Source: Ptychomitrium polyphyllum (lineage: Eukaryota). Taken from it: a stretch of 64,000 nucleotides of DNA. This document shows, one piece after another, positions 51,354 to 64,000 of this stretch; position 1 is the stretch's first letter, and each line of letters starts with the position of its first letter. The notes beneath the pieces are model-generated. The model made no database searches and was not told the DNA's origin. It saw only the letters and a list, made by a program, of their open reading frames with translations. The stretch spans positions 18,290,001 through 18,354,000 of the forward strand of contig OZ316775.1 of NCBI GenBank assembly GCA_973851085.1, written 5' to 3'. The position numbers and the translations under genes are program-made.

Positions 51354-52395
51354 CATGCTCGGCAACTTCAGGAATACAACACATCATCAGAAGGATCACC
51401 ACATAGAAACATAATGATTACAGCACATCATCAAAAGATTTACGGATCATTAGAAGGGTTGCAGCACGTGGACTACAACACGTTGGAAGGATTATAAGTT
51501 TATGGGCGTGGGCATGATACGGCCCTCAATTTACGCTGAATTTGACTGTCTATTAAAAATGGTCACGAAACAGACTCGATTATTGCATGGTTCTGTGTTA
51601 CTTGAGAAACATGTTCGAACTACGATTATACAACACGCAGGAAAAATAAGAGCTTTGACCTGGTCAATGTATGAAATTTGTAATTTTCACTGTCACCTAT
51701 GTTCTAAGTGTGATGATACATGTGATATCATACGGGATTTTCTTCGTGAATCTTTGGAAGTAACGCACACTTTAAACTTATCAAAACAGCTAGAAACTTG
51801 CTTTGACTCTTTGCATGATCGTAGCAAACAGGATTGAGGGTTCACAATCATGTTACAGCATATCATACTAGAGAAGTAGCTTAACGTCTGTGAACATCTC
51901 AAGTCTAGGTTTCATCATGCGGCCATGTTGTCCCAACTGTTCGATTGAAACAGCAAAGTGCATTGAAGTGCAATTGAAGTAAAATAACAAACTTAGTAAA
52001 AATCTCAAAAGTCAATAGAACCTGTAAGATACTCAACATGGACAAGGGGCTTAGCCATTGTCATGCCACGCAAGATGTACAGTCCTGTAGCGGCAATTAA
52101 TCCAGAAGAGCCACCGCGTCACACTGCTGTTGTGTAACAGCATCTAGTAAGACAACGTTATTTTAGACCTAAAGTAATTACATTCATATGATAAAATTAC
52201 TCAAATACACAGTCTTCACACAATAGTCTGGTAAGGTGCTGTTACTTGGAGGCAAATCAGCCCCAGTTACAGCACATTACAGGACCTTATTCAACAAGCT
52301 GGTTATCCTTGCCTAACTTCTTTCCAATACATGCGCAGGAATTCAAGAGATTCAAGCAGTACTAAGTTGCATATAGCAATGGCACCGGGATAAAT

Positions 52396-52897
52396 TTACT
52401 TGTGGCAATCGCAGTCAGCACAGTTGCAGTTGGGACCACAGTTGCAGTCGTTCTCCGAGTTATAGCTACTCACCAAAATCATGGCAAAAGAAGGATAACT
52501 CAACCACAGATTAACTGGAAATAAGTATGTCAAGATTTCAATCAAAATTTCGTATGCGGTATCATTCTAGATTAGAATTAGGAACTGAGAATGTGTTCAG
52601 TACTTACTTGCGAAGGCCACCGAAGGTTGCCTTAGCCAAGATCTCGCAGCATCTGAAAATTCACTCAACAAATATCTGGTTAGTCGTCCATGATCTTACC
52701 GAGCTATCGACAATGACGTCAAACCATGTCCATCCCTCACTGAACTGTATTCTGAACGTATATATTCTCAATTCTAAGCAAAGTTTATTTCAATTTCGGC
52801 AAGCAGATTTATGTGAATGAAATGATGCTCACCCGCAACCAGCGCTGCATTGGCAGCCGTCCCCGCATTTGCAGTTGGCACTGCAGCATCCTGACAT
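52396..52897 (-). CDS. Metallothionein, 59 aa, exons 52897-52833, 52652-52608, 52465-52396 (absent from the ORF track)
   Basis: GT-AG splicing (65+45+70=180 nt) gives MSGCCSANCKCGDGCQCSAGCGCCEILAKATFGGLRNYNSENDCNCGPNCNCADCDCHK*: 15 Cys in two Cys-rich domains with CxC motifs, good start context (ccaccATG), CT-rich leader and a TATA box upstream. Confidence 0.93.
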
Positions 52898-53015
52898 GGT
52901 GGACAGCTTGGAGAGGAGAGGAGAACAAGTTGGAGCCTGGAGATGAGAAGAAGAGAGAACGGAAGAGCTTGAGCACGAATTGAATGGAATGAACTCCAGG
53001 TGCATCACACTCCCG

Positions 53016-53372
53016 TTTTATAATGTTGTAGTTGAAAGTTGGTGATTGCAGGGTGTGTCCAGTGTATCAGTGACAGTAAAAATGCCTGGGTGGAAGCTTT
53101 GGTGCACTTAAGGGTATCTTTCTATGCTTAGGTTCCTCTAGAAGATTGTGCACTCTTCCCTTTCATCTGAAACTAACCCACCGAATTTTATGTGCAAGAA
53201 CATGCACACGATTTACTTCCTTGTTAAATGAATCTGTAGTAACCAAAAGTATCAATTTTGGCATATCCAATGGATAGTAAACCAACTAACCATTATATAA
53301 TGGATTGACCATTGTGTAAATTGACCATTTTGACACATGATGCAAACTATGATCTTGACGAATCGGAGTGCA
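53016..53372 (-). promoter_or_regulatory. Metallothionein promoter: TATAAAA (53022-53016) plus three MRE-core-like TGCRCNC motifs (53149-53155, 53203-53209, 53366-53372)
   Basis: Minus-strand TATAAAA about 120 nt upstream of the ATG; TGCACTC, TGCACAC and GAGTGCA (reverse complement TGCACTC) within about 480 nt of the ATG. Confidence 0.5.
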
Positions 53373-56300
53373 TACGACTGTAATTGGACTTGTAATCTGA
53401 TGCTGACACTTACTGGTAAGTAATTTGATGCCAATCCTTTGATGGTAGTAAATTGATGCTGATCCATCGTGGTAATTTGATGCCGTTCCTTCTATGGTAA
53501 TTGATAGTGATCTCATCTCACATCAAACTTACTTAAATGATTAATGTTTTGGGCAATGATAAGCGTGTACATGTTTGTCCACATCATACGCATTAAAATG
53601 GTTGAAGAATCCATTCAGTATTATATTTGATATGGGCTTTCTTAACTCTCCTGGGAAGTCAGTTCCAAATTGAGTAACAGATATTATTCTTGAGTGGAAT
53701 CTTCACTCATATTGCGAGAACCAATGCATTTAAAGGACAAAATGGATTCAAAGAACAGAAGACATTCAAGTGAACACGGCAGAGCGGCTTACCAATTGTA
53801 TCTTGGAATCATGTTAGGTTCTCACTGTAAGTAAAGTAGTTAGAGATTGGACTTCGGATTATCCCTCTTTATATTTCCAGGCACAGCTTATTGGAAACAC
53901 CTTGTGAACACCTTCATTTATTGAGAAAGGCCACTTGAAATTCACAAAACTCACTATACTGTATCTTAGAAACCATTGAAAATTCTACGTTCTTATTAAA
54001 CTTTCTCCTATTTCTTGCCCGACAAGACAAGTGAACGACTCCCATAAGAGACAACCTTGTGAAAACCAGGCTAATTTCTGTTGAGATTTTTATTCAGCAC
54101 CTATTTAAACTCTCCTAAAGCGCAGGTCAATGCAATGCACAACTTGAACTGCTCAAAGTTAACTATGCTACCAACACCAAAATGTGCTACATATCCAAGT
54201 GCTGGACATTTTGTTCTTTTCATTTGGTGGTTGAGATTTCTTGCAGGTCTGGTTATAAGTATCATAGAAATAGGAGCAGCTAAATGATTATGGGCCGTGA
54301 ATTGGACTAGCATAACGTAAGATGGACGGGAGGTGCTGCAGCCTTTGGATTGTAACAACGAGTGCCCTATAACACCCTGAAGAGTCAATTAGAACATGTC
54401 CCAAGACAAATATTAAGACTTTGCATATTACAACATCTATATTCCGGCAAGGACTATGCTAATGCCGGATCAAGAGAATCTAAATGCTATTCGGAATTTC
54501 AGAGGGTGCAAGATTCCATTTTATTATGCTGGGATTCAGTGGGTGTGAAGATGCAAGAGTACTCCATGATCAAGAGCAATATTCAACCTAAAAATTTTGA
54601 AGACAATTCACAAATTATTGCCATTACAAGTACTCAGATTTTTTGGCTCATTTAAACATTAAACATTATACTGTAGGGCAATTTCAGTGTACGCCCACGC
54701 ACGATTACAAAGTGAAATGATCCAAATTATTAAATGGTTGAAGCATAACATGAATGATTTAAGTCGTCAATGCTCCACACATCCTCACAGAGCTTCAATG
54801 CACAAGTACACCTTGCTCCCGTTAGTTAAGGCATCAACTAGTGGCGCTGTACTCCACTTTGCATTTTTCAGTTGAAAGGAAATATGTGAATAAGTGAACT
54901 GTGAAATAGTGCTTTACCCCTCAAACTGTAGAATACAATATCATCTAAAATTTATTGAGTGGGACATAACAATTTAGAAACTAAAGAATGCAGAAATTGT
55001 ATCAAGGTGCTTATCGTACATCTGTAATCGTGTTACTATAATTTGGAACTACGTGTAGAACAGTGTGGAAATTGGAAGGTGCTTTCGGCACATATGTGGG
55101 AGATCTATAATTATAATAATTCAGGTTTTGCAGCAAGTCTTTTTCGATAAGTTTAAGCTTGTTCAAGTCTTAATCACTATGAGGAAAAAAAATATCATAT
55201 TGAGGTCCAGCAGATTATGCAATTACCAATCTTAAACACAGAAAATTTGATAATTCATCACGATGGCGACCCATCTGAATTACCAAATTTTGGAGTATAC
55301 TTGAACTTGTGTCTGCAATAATTTGAAGTGTCTCATTTTTTTTAAAGCATGGTATTGTACATACTGGTCATGGGTTACAGACGAAACTGTATCTAGGGAC
55401 TTTGAAGGACTTCCGAAGGAGTGATTTAATGACGGTAAGCCAGACTTGCATCCCCCTTGCATTCTGGGGCACAATTATGCAAGAACCAACTTGTGGACTA
55501 GCTCTATGATACCTACGTGGGGCACTATATCAGTAGAATACAGGAACCGAGGCCTTGAACTTGTACCTTCAGTACTGCACAGGGTAATAGAAGCTGTTGC
55601 AAGACAATTTATATAAGATGTATGTAAAATGATGACCCAGGCTCTAATTTTGTTTAGAATTAGCATAGACCACCTCAATAAGAGTGGAAAGTTCTGATGC
55701 AATCATGTAAAATCAATCAATTTTAACATGCATACCTACCGCTTCAAAAATCCATGCAATTACTATGGGACTTAAACAGTGTGGCTTAAAAATGATCTGG
55801 ATGCTGAGATTTTTAGTAAGAAATATAGATTTATATGTAGTTATTGTTATTGACAACTGTGACAAGAAGTACACCAAATGTGCACCAAAGACGCACGTAA
55901 ATTTAGCAAGAACAGTTCTTCCTGAGACTTCAATAAAAATCCTGGTCACAGATGTTATGTCATGCTTAAATAACGAAGTACCCAAGGACCTCTGTGGCCT
56001 GCACTATTCCGAGATAAAGCGCATGAAAAGAAGGCGCTTGTGACAGACAGGCAAGTAAAATCTTCGTCAAGTGCCTTCGTCATAAACTCATACTCCACAT
56101 TCTTCGAACAGGATTTTCCAAATTCGGTCAGACTTAGGAGTAAATACTGCCTTGAGACTGTGACTCGTTCAATGCCACTCATTTACATCTGATATCTAAT
56201 GCCAAATGAATCATTTGAAACCTTCATCACAGTCATATAGTCATGAGCTTTTAGAACGATAACTGTGATTCAGGAGCATTCAGCATCAACGAATCAGCAG

Positions 56301-58586
56301 ATGTTTGGATTTCTCCTCGGTAAAAAGTCCGTCTGATTACAGAATGCGCAAACTTTTGGGTACAAGTTGCATTAGAACCAGTTAGAAGGAACTTTGACTA
56401 TGTTTCGAAGCTACAGTAAGCTACTTGGTCATCTTGAAGCAGTCGTCTCGGAGGGTACTTGAGATGCCATAGAATTCTACCTGGAGATATTCAACCACGA
56501 AAGCTGCAAACTCCGAGTATGACAAAGATCTCATCCACTGGTTTAAGCTCAAGGAAGCTCCAAGGATGAGCAACTTCGACGCTGTTGTTTAGGAAATGTC
56601 CGAGAATCTAGTTCTCTATGGGGCGGTTTCTTCAGTTGCATTACACGGAATTGCATGTTTGATATTAACTCTTAACAATTCACTCCAGCATCCAACATCT
56701 GGCTCATGCATCCCAACTTTACGGTCAGCGACATCTTACGTCGTACCACATCCAATTTAAACCATCTAGCCCAATAGATTTTTCTCACTGCTTTTCTTAG
56801 AATCCAGGAACCACAGGTGTTGTAACGTAACTAATCCCTGCATCTACCACGGGTTTCTTCATATTGTGAAACTCGATGATTTTCTGGAAGAATACTTTAA
56901 TATGCAGATCAATGATATCTTTGTGGCTATCTAGGTTGCATGATCATGATAAGGGTGGTCATTCTTACGGTAATCCACATACTTAAGTTTCTACAACGAA
57001 TTGAGCATTTCATTGCTGATGAACGTGGTCGGTGGATTTGGTGCACCGTAACTAATCTACAGGCACAGCGTCTGAAGGTGACAATGAAAACTATTCACCA
57101 AAGCCACTTGTTCCTAAAGGATGAATATTAAAAAAATTAATTCGCCAATCCTTCATTTCAGAACCTTGATCTTAAAGTAATTTCAGACTTTTAGCAAAGG
57201 CTAACGATTGACATTGAATTCAACCTTATTTTCAATCTATTCTACGTCTTCAAAGTAGGATTAATAGCTTCATGGATTGTCGTCTTGTACACACTAATCT
57301 ATCTACGACGACCTGGAGGAAGAATCTTGGAGTCTAACTACAAAGGCGACCACACTGGGCACACCAAAAGTGGCGACACAGGAGGAATATGGATGATACT
57401 GAGCTCGTTGTCGCACACGACCAAAACGAATGTTAAAATTTTGTTTGGTTTGTGCATGCGTGGCTTAGGGCTCGCAAATCAAAGTCAAGGTTTTCATTTG
57501 CTTCCAACTCGATCTACACTTCGGCTGAAGCTGGGATAATTGCGTGGGCAGAGATGCGGATTCCCGACAGGCTCATTCATCGCAAGCCTATCAAGAACTT
57601 CTACAATAACTGCATAGTTGGGGTGTTGACTCATGATGACTGTACCGGTCGGTGGATGAGTTACTGCCACTTATGCAATCTAACCACCGACCATGTAAGT
57701 CTTCAGCTGGTGATTGAGTTTTATACAGTATGAGCACTATTCACCTGCTCCGTGTGCTCGAACGAGCGCTCATATCGGACCACAAGCAGGAGTTTCCAAG
57801 TTCCGGGAACTTGCTTGACAGGCGGTTAGCGAGAGCATCAGATACACACGGAATTGCGCGATCACCTCAAAATCAGGAACTGGTAGCGTGACAATTGTTG
57901 CTGGCTATAGCTGAACCAGGTTGAAATTTTTCTTAGTTGGTAATTATTTTCGAGCTCCAGTCTTCACTTACCCTCAGCTCAGGATAGTTGGAATGCGATT
58001 TGTATCATTAACGTTGGGAGTACAGTTGGTGAGTTGACTGCGGTACATGTACAGAGCACTTGAGGCCAATATATGCAAGGGATAGGATACAAGTAGTATA
58101 CTCAATCCGGAGCTCTATCGAAAGCTTACATGGTAGCAAGCTGCAAGCTTGAGTTTTATCTCGGAGGAACATTGACAAGAGTTCTATGTCAGCGGGTTTG
58201 CAAGTCCAATGGTATTGAATGATTGTTTGGCTTTTCAGCAGACTGGGATTGAGACAAGCACAGAAGAAAACCACACACATGTGTACTGAACAGGAGAGGG
58301 CATCAGCTGGAATTGATACTCAGAATTCGCACTCAGGCCAGAGCTACGTTATTAATTCGATTTCCCGCTCAGAAAAGATTTTAGTACAAATATTGACTCT
58401 GTATCAAGTGACGACCTCAAGGTTTCTCCTAAGATTTGAAGCATGATGCCAGTAGCCTCAGGTGAAGAAATATACCGATATTGTTAAGAGGTTCTGTAGA
58501 CTTTAGGTACATCAATATATGTGAGGGACGATGAATGCAAAAGTGGTGATCATTGTCACCAAATGACAAGGTTTAGAACTCTAGGC

Positions 58587-61500
58587 ATGAGCACTTTCAA
58601 GGCTACCTATGTTTGCTGGTGCTTTCTTGTGGCAATTCTCCTTCTGAGTGCCGTTTCTGTCCAAGGCAGAGTGAGTCCTTCAAAATTGTGTATTTAGAAA
58701 CACCTTCGAATATCACTTCCAGGACAAACGCGACATTTGCTTTTAACGTTGTGGACAGCAATGAAACCAATCCGTGCTCTGCGCAGCCATGTTCCTTCAC
58801 ATGCAAGGTGGGCGAGTGTACCCATTTTAATGCTTTCTAAACAAGCGGGTTTAGTCTTCATTTTGGGTTGATGATTTTGTGACATTGGCTATGGAGTGTT
58901 TGTTTTACAGCTAGATCAGTTGCCCCTGCAAGATTGCCTCACCCAGCGAGCTTATTTTAGCAACCTCCAAGATGGGGCCCACGTCTTTTCACTATCTGTA
59001 AATACGTCAAGTGGAGCTTTCGTTGCGTCCGAGTTTCGGTGGGACATTGGTAGGTCACCTATTCACTTGTGGAGATCGATACCATCTTACATGTTTTCCT
59101 AGAAGTGTTGTAGTCACTTGTTCAATTGTTTAGTAATTTGTTCTCTCATGAAACTTGATGTCAACTATTGGCAGACACTATTGCTCCAATTGCTGTCGTC
59201 AATGGATGGCAAGCCTTCACGAATGGGCAGAATGTTACGGTTGACATAACTTTCAGTGAAGTCTGTGGAGGATTCCTCTGCGAAAATGCGAGCTTCTGCA
59301 ATGTAAGATGTACATCAAGATTCTACCTTTTGTGTGGTTCCTTGTTCCAATTCTTATGTTGCCGGTAGATACAAGACATCACGAAGTTATTGACTGCAAA
59401 GTGTGTTTTATTGAACTGCTCAGTTGCTGGTCCATGGACCTGGAGCCGTGATCCCATCCACGCTGAGGGAAATTGAGAAAGGGCGACGGTATTCTTTGAT
59501 GGTTGCTCTTCCTAGCGACACTTCAAGCGGCAAGATTAATGCCGTGATTGCGCAAGGTGCCTGCGCTGATGCAGCTGGGAATCTCCTCCAACGAACCAAC
59601 CGTTCTTCCTCTATTGTTCGGTTTGGTGAGTGACCTTCCTGCTATTCTCTGCACTTCATATGTGTTTCTTGACTTTTTGTCTCGTGTGTTTTACATGTTG
59701 GTTCACAATGCGGAACTTATATTTGAAGAGTTATGCATGTCAGATCGAACGATACCGTCTGTAAACCTGTGGACTGCAGTTCCCGGTTGTGAAGTTATCA
59801 TTGGCAATCAGCCGAGGACGTGTGAGGTTACCAACAGAGCTTCGGATTTGAGAATTTATTTGGATTTCGACATGCCTATCAGTAGCTCTACTGAAGACCT
59901 GCTTCGTCTTTTGAGTGTCAACAATGGAGTCCTTACTCCTACTGAGCGAAAGAGCCTCGGGAATCGCCGCTTCGGTTTTAAAGTAAGCTCCATTCGTATT
60001 TGAATTTTTGCATGGTGCTGTGACTGTCCTAGATTACAGAAGGCGATGCTGATTGTTTGGAGAACGTTCTCCAATTTTAAAGTGATTCCCTTGTGGCTGA
60101 TGTGTTTTGAATACAACTTTTTGCAGCTGAGTAATACTACGAATGGGGTTTCTGAAGTTACCATAGGTCTGGCAGGAAACGCTGTGAGCAACAGATATGG
60201 TACGCTAGTGCCAGGGAACAGCAGCACGACATTCTTGTATGGTGAGTGCTACTTGAATTGGGTTTTCACATAAAAACCTAGGTCATGTGGGTCGTTTAGG
60301 ACGTATGCGAAGTGGGTATTTGACTTTCTTAAATGGTGTAGGGTTGCGGAGATTGGCTATTGGAATGCTTATCTTGTCATGTATCAGGACGAGCTTTCAA
60401 ATCTTTGGGTAGATGGTTGTTATGTTGAGTAGTAGAAATCCTACAAGCAAAGCTGAGTTGCAGCTAATATCGATCCTGAAGAGTGGCTTTGGATGTTGTG
60501 TCCATGGCAGATAAAGTGAAACCGCAACCTTACCTCAGCACCACGTCTCGTGCCAAGACGAAGGATTCTGTTTTGCTCTTTGTGGTGCAATTCACAGAAG
60601 TTGTTTTTGGTTTCAATTCTTCAGGTGTTGCATTGTCAGGAGGGATTCTAACGAGGTGGGTGTAATATTTTATCATTTCCCTATTATTGATAGGTGTATT
60701 GTTTCGTTGCATGCTGTAGTAATGCTTGTTGAACTTGGTCATGCATTTTGCAGCACTTCAGCAAATTAGTATTTCTCTGCCAAATTTGGGTAGATTTTAG
60801 GCTCTTTGTATCCAAGGAGCTACTTGATGTAATTTAGGCACATGTCTCTATTTTGCAGTTTTAAGGAGATTGATAAGAGTACGTACACTTTTGAAGTGGA
60901 GAAAATGGACACCAGGCTTGTGACAGTATCTGTACCTGAGAACCAGTCTTCGGACGTTGCTGGAAATTATAATTTGGCTTCATCCAGCATACAAATACGA
61001 CATTGTACGTCTATCACTTCTGTGTCTCACTTTCTTTGGACATGACAATATTATTATGCTTGACCAAATGTTCGAAAACTAGTAAATCAGGTAGAATGAG
61101 TTTAAATGCAAAATTTCTCATCCTTATAATCTGTCTATCTATGGCGTGCAGATGAAACACCTTGGATCTCCGTAGTTATTTACTCCTTGATTACGGTAGG
61201 CTTATTATCAACAGCCTTGGTATCAGGGGTCCTTTCAGTCTCTTCTGCAACGTTAGCAGCTGCAGGTGCTGTCTCAGACCGAAAAATTGGTGATCCATCA
61301 AGAAATTTACTGGTGCGGATATTACCTGGCTATCAAGGTTTGCTGTTTTCAAAAGTCGTTCTAAATTTGAGAAGTAAACAATGGTATCGCACACAAAGCA
61401 TTGTCTACTAAGTAAGCCTTCTGACATTGTTTCCTTGGCTATCTGTCAGGGATTAGCTTGTCATCTCCAAGTTCTTGCTCTGTCGGGGTGGCTGGCTGTG

Positions 61501-64000
61501 AGTTTGCCAATCGAGTACCGAGAAGTGACAAGTGGTCTTCGATGGTTGATACCTCATGTCAATACTCCTTGGCAAGACAGGGGTATCTTTGAGATTGGCA
61601 CTATTAACTTCACCAACCCGTCAGCAATGGTTCAAAAGTTAATCACGGCACGCCGAAGATTACTTGCAGTGGACAACAGACTGGATGGTCTTCAACACAT
61701 GCACAGAGGTCGTGAATTGGGAGCTAATACTTCCTTGCATGGATCAGCATTAGGACCTGGTGATTACGAGCTCTATTTTTTGGTAATACTTCAACGCCTG
61801 CATTATTTTTTCACTTGGATGTGTGTGAACATTTGAAATCTGTTCCGTATTTCTCATATGTCTTCAGAGTATGTATCTGATGTTTGGATCTCACTAGCAG
61901 CGTCACATCTCTGAACAAGGAGCAGCTCTAAAGAGTATCGTGAATAACAAGAAACACAACGGGTATGCTTTAATTTCTTTCCTGGATATGATATAGCGTT
62001 CCTCCTTTCTTCCGAGCTAGAATTGCAAACTCATTGAGTTGTGTGTATCCAGGTGGCAAGATTTCCAGAGAAACATGTTCTGGATGGCTGTCGTGGGAGG
62101 GGGCTTGATCCTTTCGCACATTATTTTGGTGTTGTTCCTCCGATGGCGAACAAGAGCGTCAGTACGAGGAGCCCTTATCATCCCCAGATTCGAGCTCTAT
62201 TTCCTGATTCTTGCTATACCAGGTTTATGCCAGGCATCTGCATTTATTATCAGAGGTGGCACACCCATTGGCATTGTAGTGGGAGGCTTGCTACTCTCTG
62301 TTTCGGCAGCCTTTCTCATATCTGTCCTGCTTTTCCTCGTCTATGGCGTGTTTTTGGGAGCGCTGGTGCAATACAAGGAATTCCGTTATGAAGTTCAAAG
62401 ACACGGTTATATACAACCTCAGAAACCTCAGGGGCTTGTCAACCTTGTCGCTGGAACAGGATACCCTGGGAAGTGGGTCAGAAATAATCGTCTCTCACCC
62501 ATGTTTCTGCCTCGCTATGGCTTAATTTTTGAGGACCACAAGGGTCCTCCAATTATCATTGTACATAAAAGGGTAGAGAATCTGAGATACAGCATCAAGC
62601 GAGCTGGCAGCACGATGGAAAATCCTGACTCTGACGATGAGTCTAATGACGTCGTGGAGGTTTCTGACTCTCATCGGATTTTTGGAGATGCTCGAGCATC
62701 TTATATTATTGTGGACCTTTCGAGGAGAATTGTTTTGGGGCTGATGTTCGGATTATACCCAGAGTCAGAGTACTCGTGGGGCCAAGTAGGTGTAGTCTTG
62801 GGAGTATCTGTTGTTCAGTTCGTGTATCTTGTGACAGTAAAGCCCTTCAGGAGACGAGGAATACAAATGGTGGAGACAATATCCCTTCTCTGCGAAATGG
62901 GAATCTTTGTAGTTGCCGTGGCTTTGCTTGTGAGACGACATCCCACAGTCTTAGATTATGGAGTAGGAATGTTCATGCTCGCGTTACTCGGCATCAGCTT
63001 CGCCGTCCAGATGGTTAATGAATGGTACGCACTTCTGGAGCAGCTGATGCGCCTCTCCACGGCCCCAGAACCTACCCTTAATGACGGGCTCAAAAGACTC
63101 GCAGGTCAGCTTCTTAATTCTTGCAATTTGCACTTGGTGCGTTTCGAGGTAAAATTACTTTTCTTGGTTATATGATTTATCACAAAGCCACGGGAGGAAA
63201 TTCTCATTGAAAAAAATGACGTATTACTACTCAGTCCTCATGAATCAGGACAAATAATCTTCGAAGTAGATATCTAGGTTCTCAAATTCACCATGAACTT
63301 CCTCTTAGCTACAACCGCAAAAACTGGGACTTCGAAAAATAAAAGGCCATACACTGACGTGATTTACTTTTACCATAGGTGGGTTGATTCTTCCATTCAC
63401 ACCACGCCGAATGTGGGCAAAGTTTATTGGTTCTCAAGCCCAACAACCTCCTCCTTCCGTGGCCATCTCCGACTCAAAACCATCTCAAAGCAGAAGTTCA
63501 ACGCAAGTGGGTTCACAGGCTTTACCTTTCCAAGGGAAACCATTTCCCCTTCCAAAGCCACTAGCTCTTCCTAATTCAGACACTCTGGCATCCAACTCCC
63601 GCAAGTTCGATCTTGAGCCTATTGCACAAATAGAGGCTTTTGATGTAGACAGCGGCCCACCGACTTCAATGGAGGAGATTCAAGTGGAATCATTGCCAAG
63701 GTCTGGTCGGCAATTAGCAGGACTGAAGGAAGAAGATTAAGAGGAAGCTCATCCAGGGAAGACAACAGCCAAGAGCTGAAGATGCTAAGAGAACTAGCAA
63801 GGGCAAGTTTCACCCGGCATCGGAGAGACGGTGATCACCACCATACAGAACAAAGATTTGGTCTACCTTGTGAAGGAGGAGCCGGTAGTTTGCTACATAT
63901 TTCTTCTCCAATTATGAGCCCGAGGGAGGTTGACGATTATCGTTATGTGCGGAGAAGGCAACTTCTGGGTATGCCTCATGCACGCTCTGATGCAGAGTCA
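58587..64000 (+). CDS. Large uncharacterised membrane protein (At3g48200-like): signal peptide, Ig-like ectodomain, multi-pass TM region. Incomplete at the window edge and with two apparent frame breaks
   Basis: Spliced peptides FTCKLDQLPLQDC, DTIAPIAVV..NVTVDITFSEVCGGFLC, CADAAGNLLQR, GNRRFGF, VFGFNSSGVALSGG, PENQSSDVAGNYNLAS, DPSRNLLGLACHLQVLALSGWLAVSLPIEYREVTSGLRWLIP, GWQDFQRNMFW, PRFELYFLILAIPGLCQAS, FLPRYGLIFEDHKGPP, LRELARASF resemble the recalled Arabidopsis At3g48200 family. Confidence 0.8.

Noticed and set aside
53520..58500. Numerous 60-97 aa ORFs between the metallothionein and the membrane-protein gene, including protein-like text near 56450-56680
   Set aside because: No motifs, no coherent splice-compatible exon chain, and in-frame stops; treated as intergenic or leader sequence.

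Overview
Eukaryotic, intron-rich land-plant DNA. The proteins are plant-like and the gene architecture, with very AT-rich intergenic islands, suggests a moss or other bryophyte (inference). Genes in order: gamma-glutamyl hydrolase (+), an intronless NAD(P)-binding Rossmann protein (+), a 2-exon O6-methylguanine-DNA methyltransferase with an intact PCHR active site (-), a CRAL-TRIO/Sec14-like protein (+), plant-type PEP carboxylase with 12 coding exons (+), CPSF100 (+), a decayed LRR pseudogene (+), ureidoglycolate amidohydrolase UAH (-), ureidoglycine aminohydrolase UGlyAH (+), a 3-exon 59-aa metallothionein missed by the ORF track (-), and a large Ig-like/multi-TM protein resembling At3g48200 that runs off the window and has two apparent frame breaks (+). 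Most notable: (1) UAH and UGlyAH, which catalyse consecutive final steps of purine-ring (ureide) catabolism, lie head-to-head about 1.25 kb apart, suggesting a eukaryotic mini gene cluster with a shared promoter; (2) an Ogt-like alkyltransferase, an enzyme usually described as absent from plants; (3) the hidden metallothionein, with an atypical Cys layout and MRE-like motifs upstream. Exon boundaries were read by eye and family assignments rest on recalled motifs; no database search was run.
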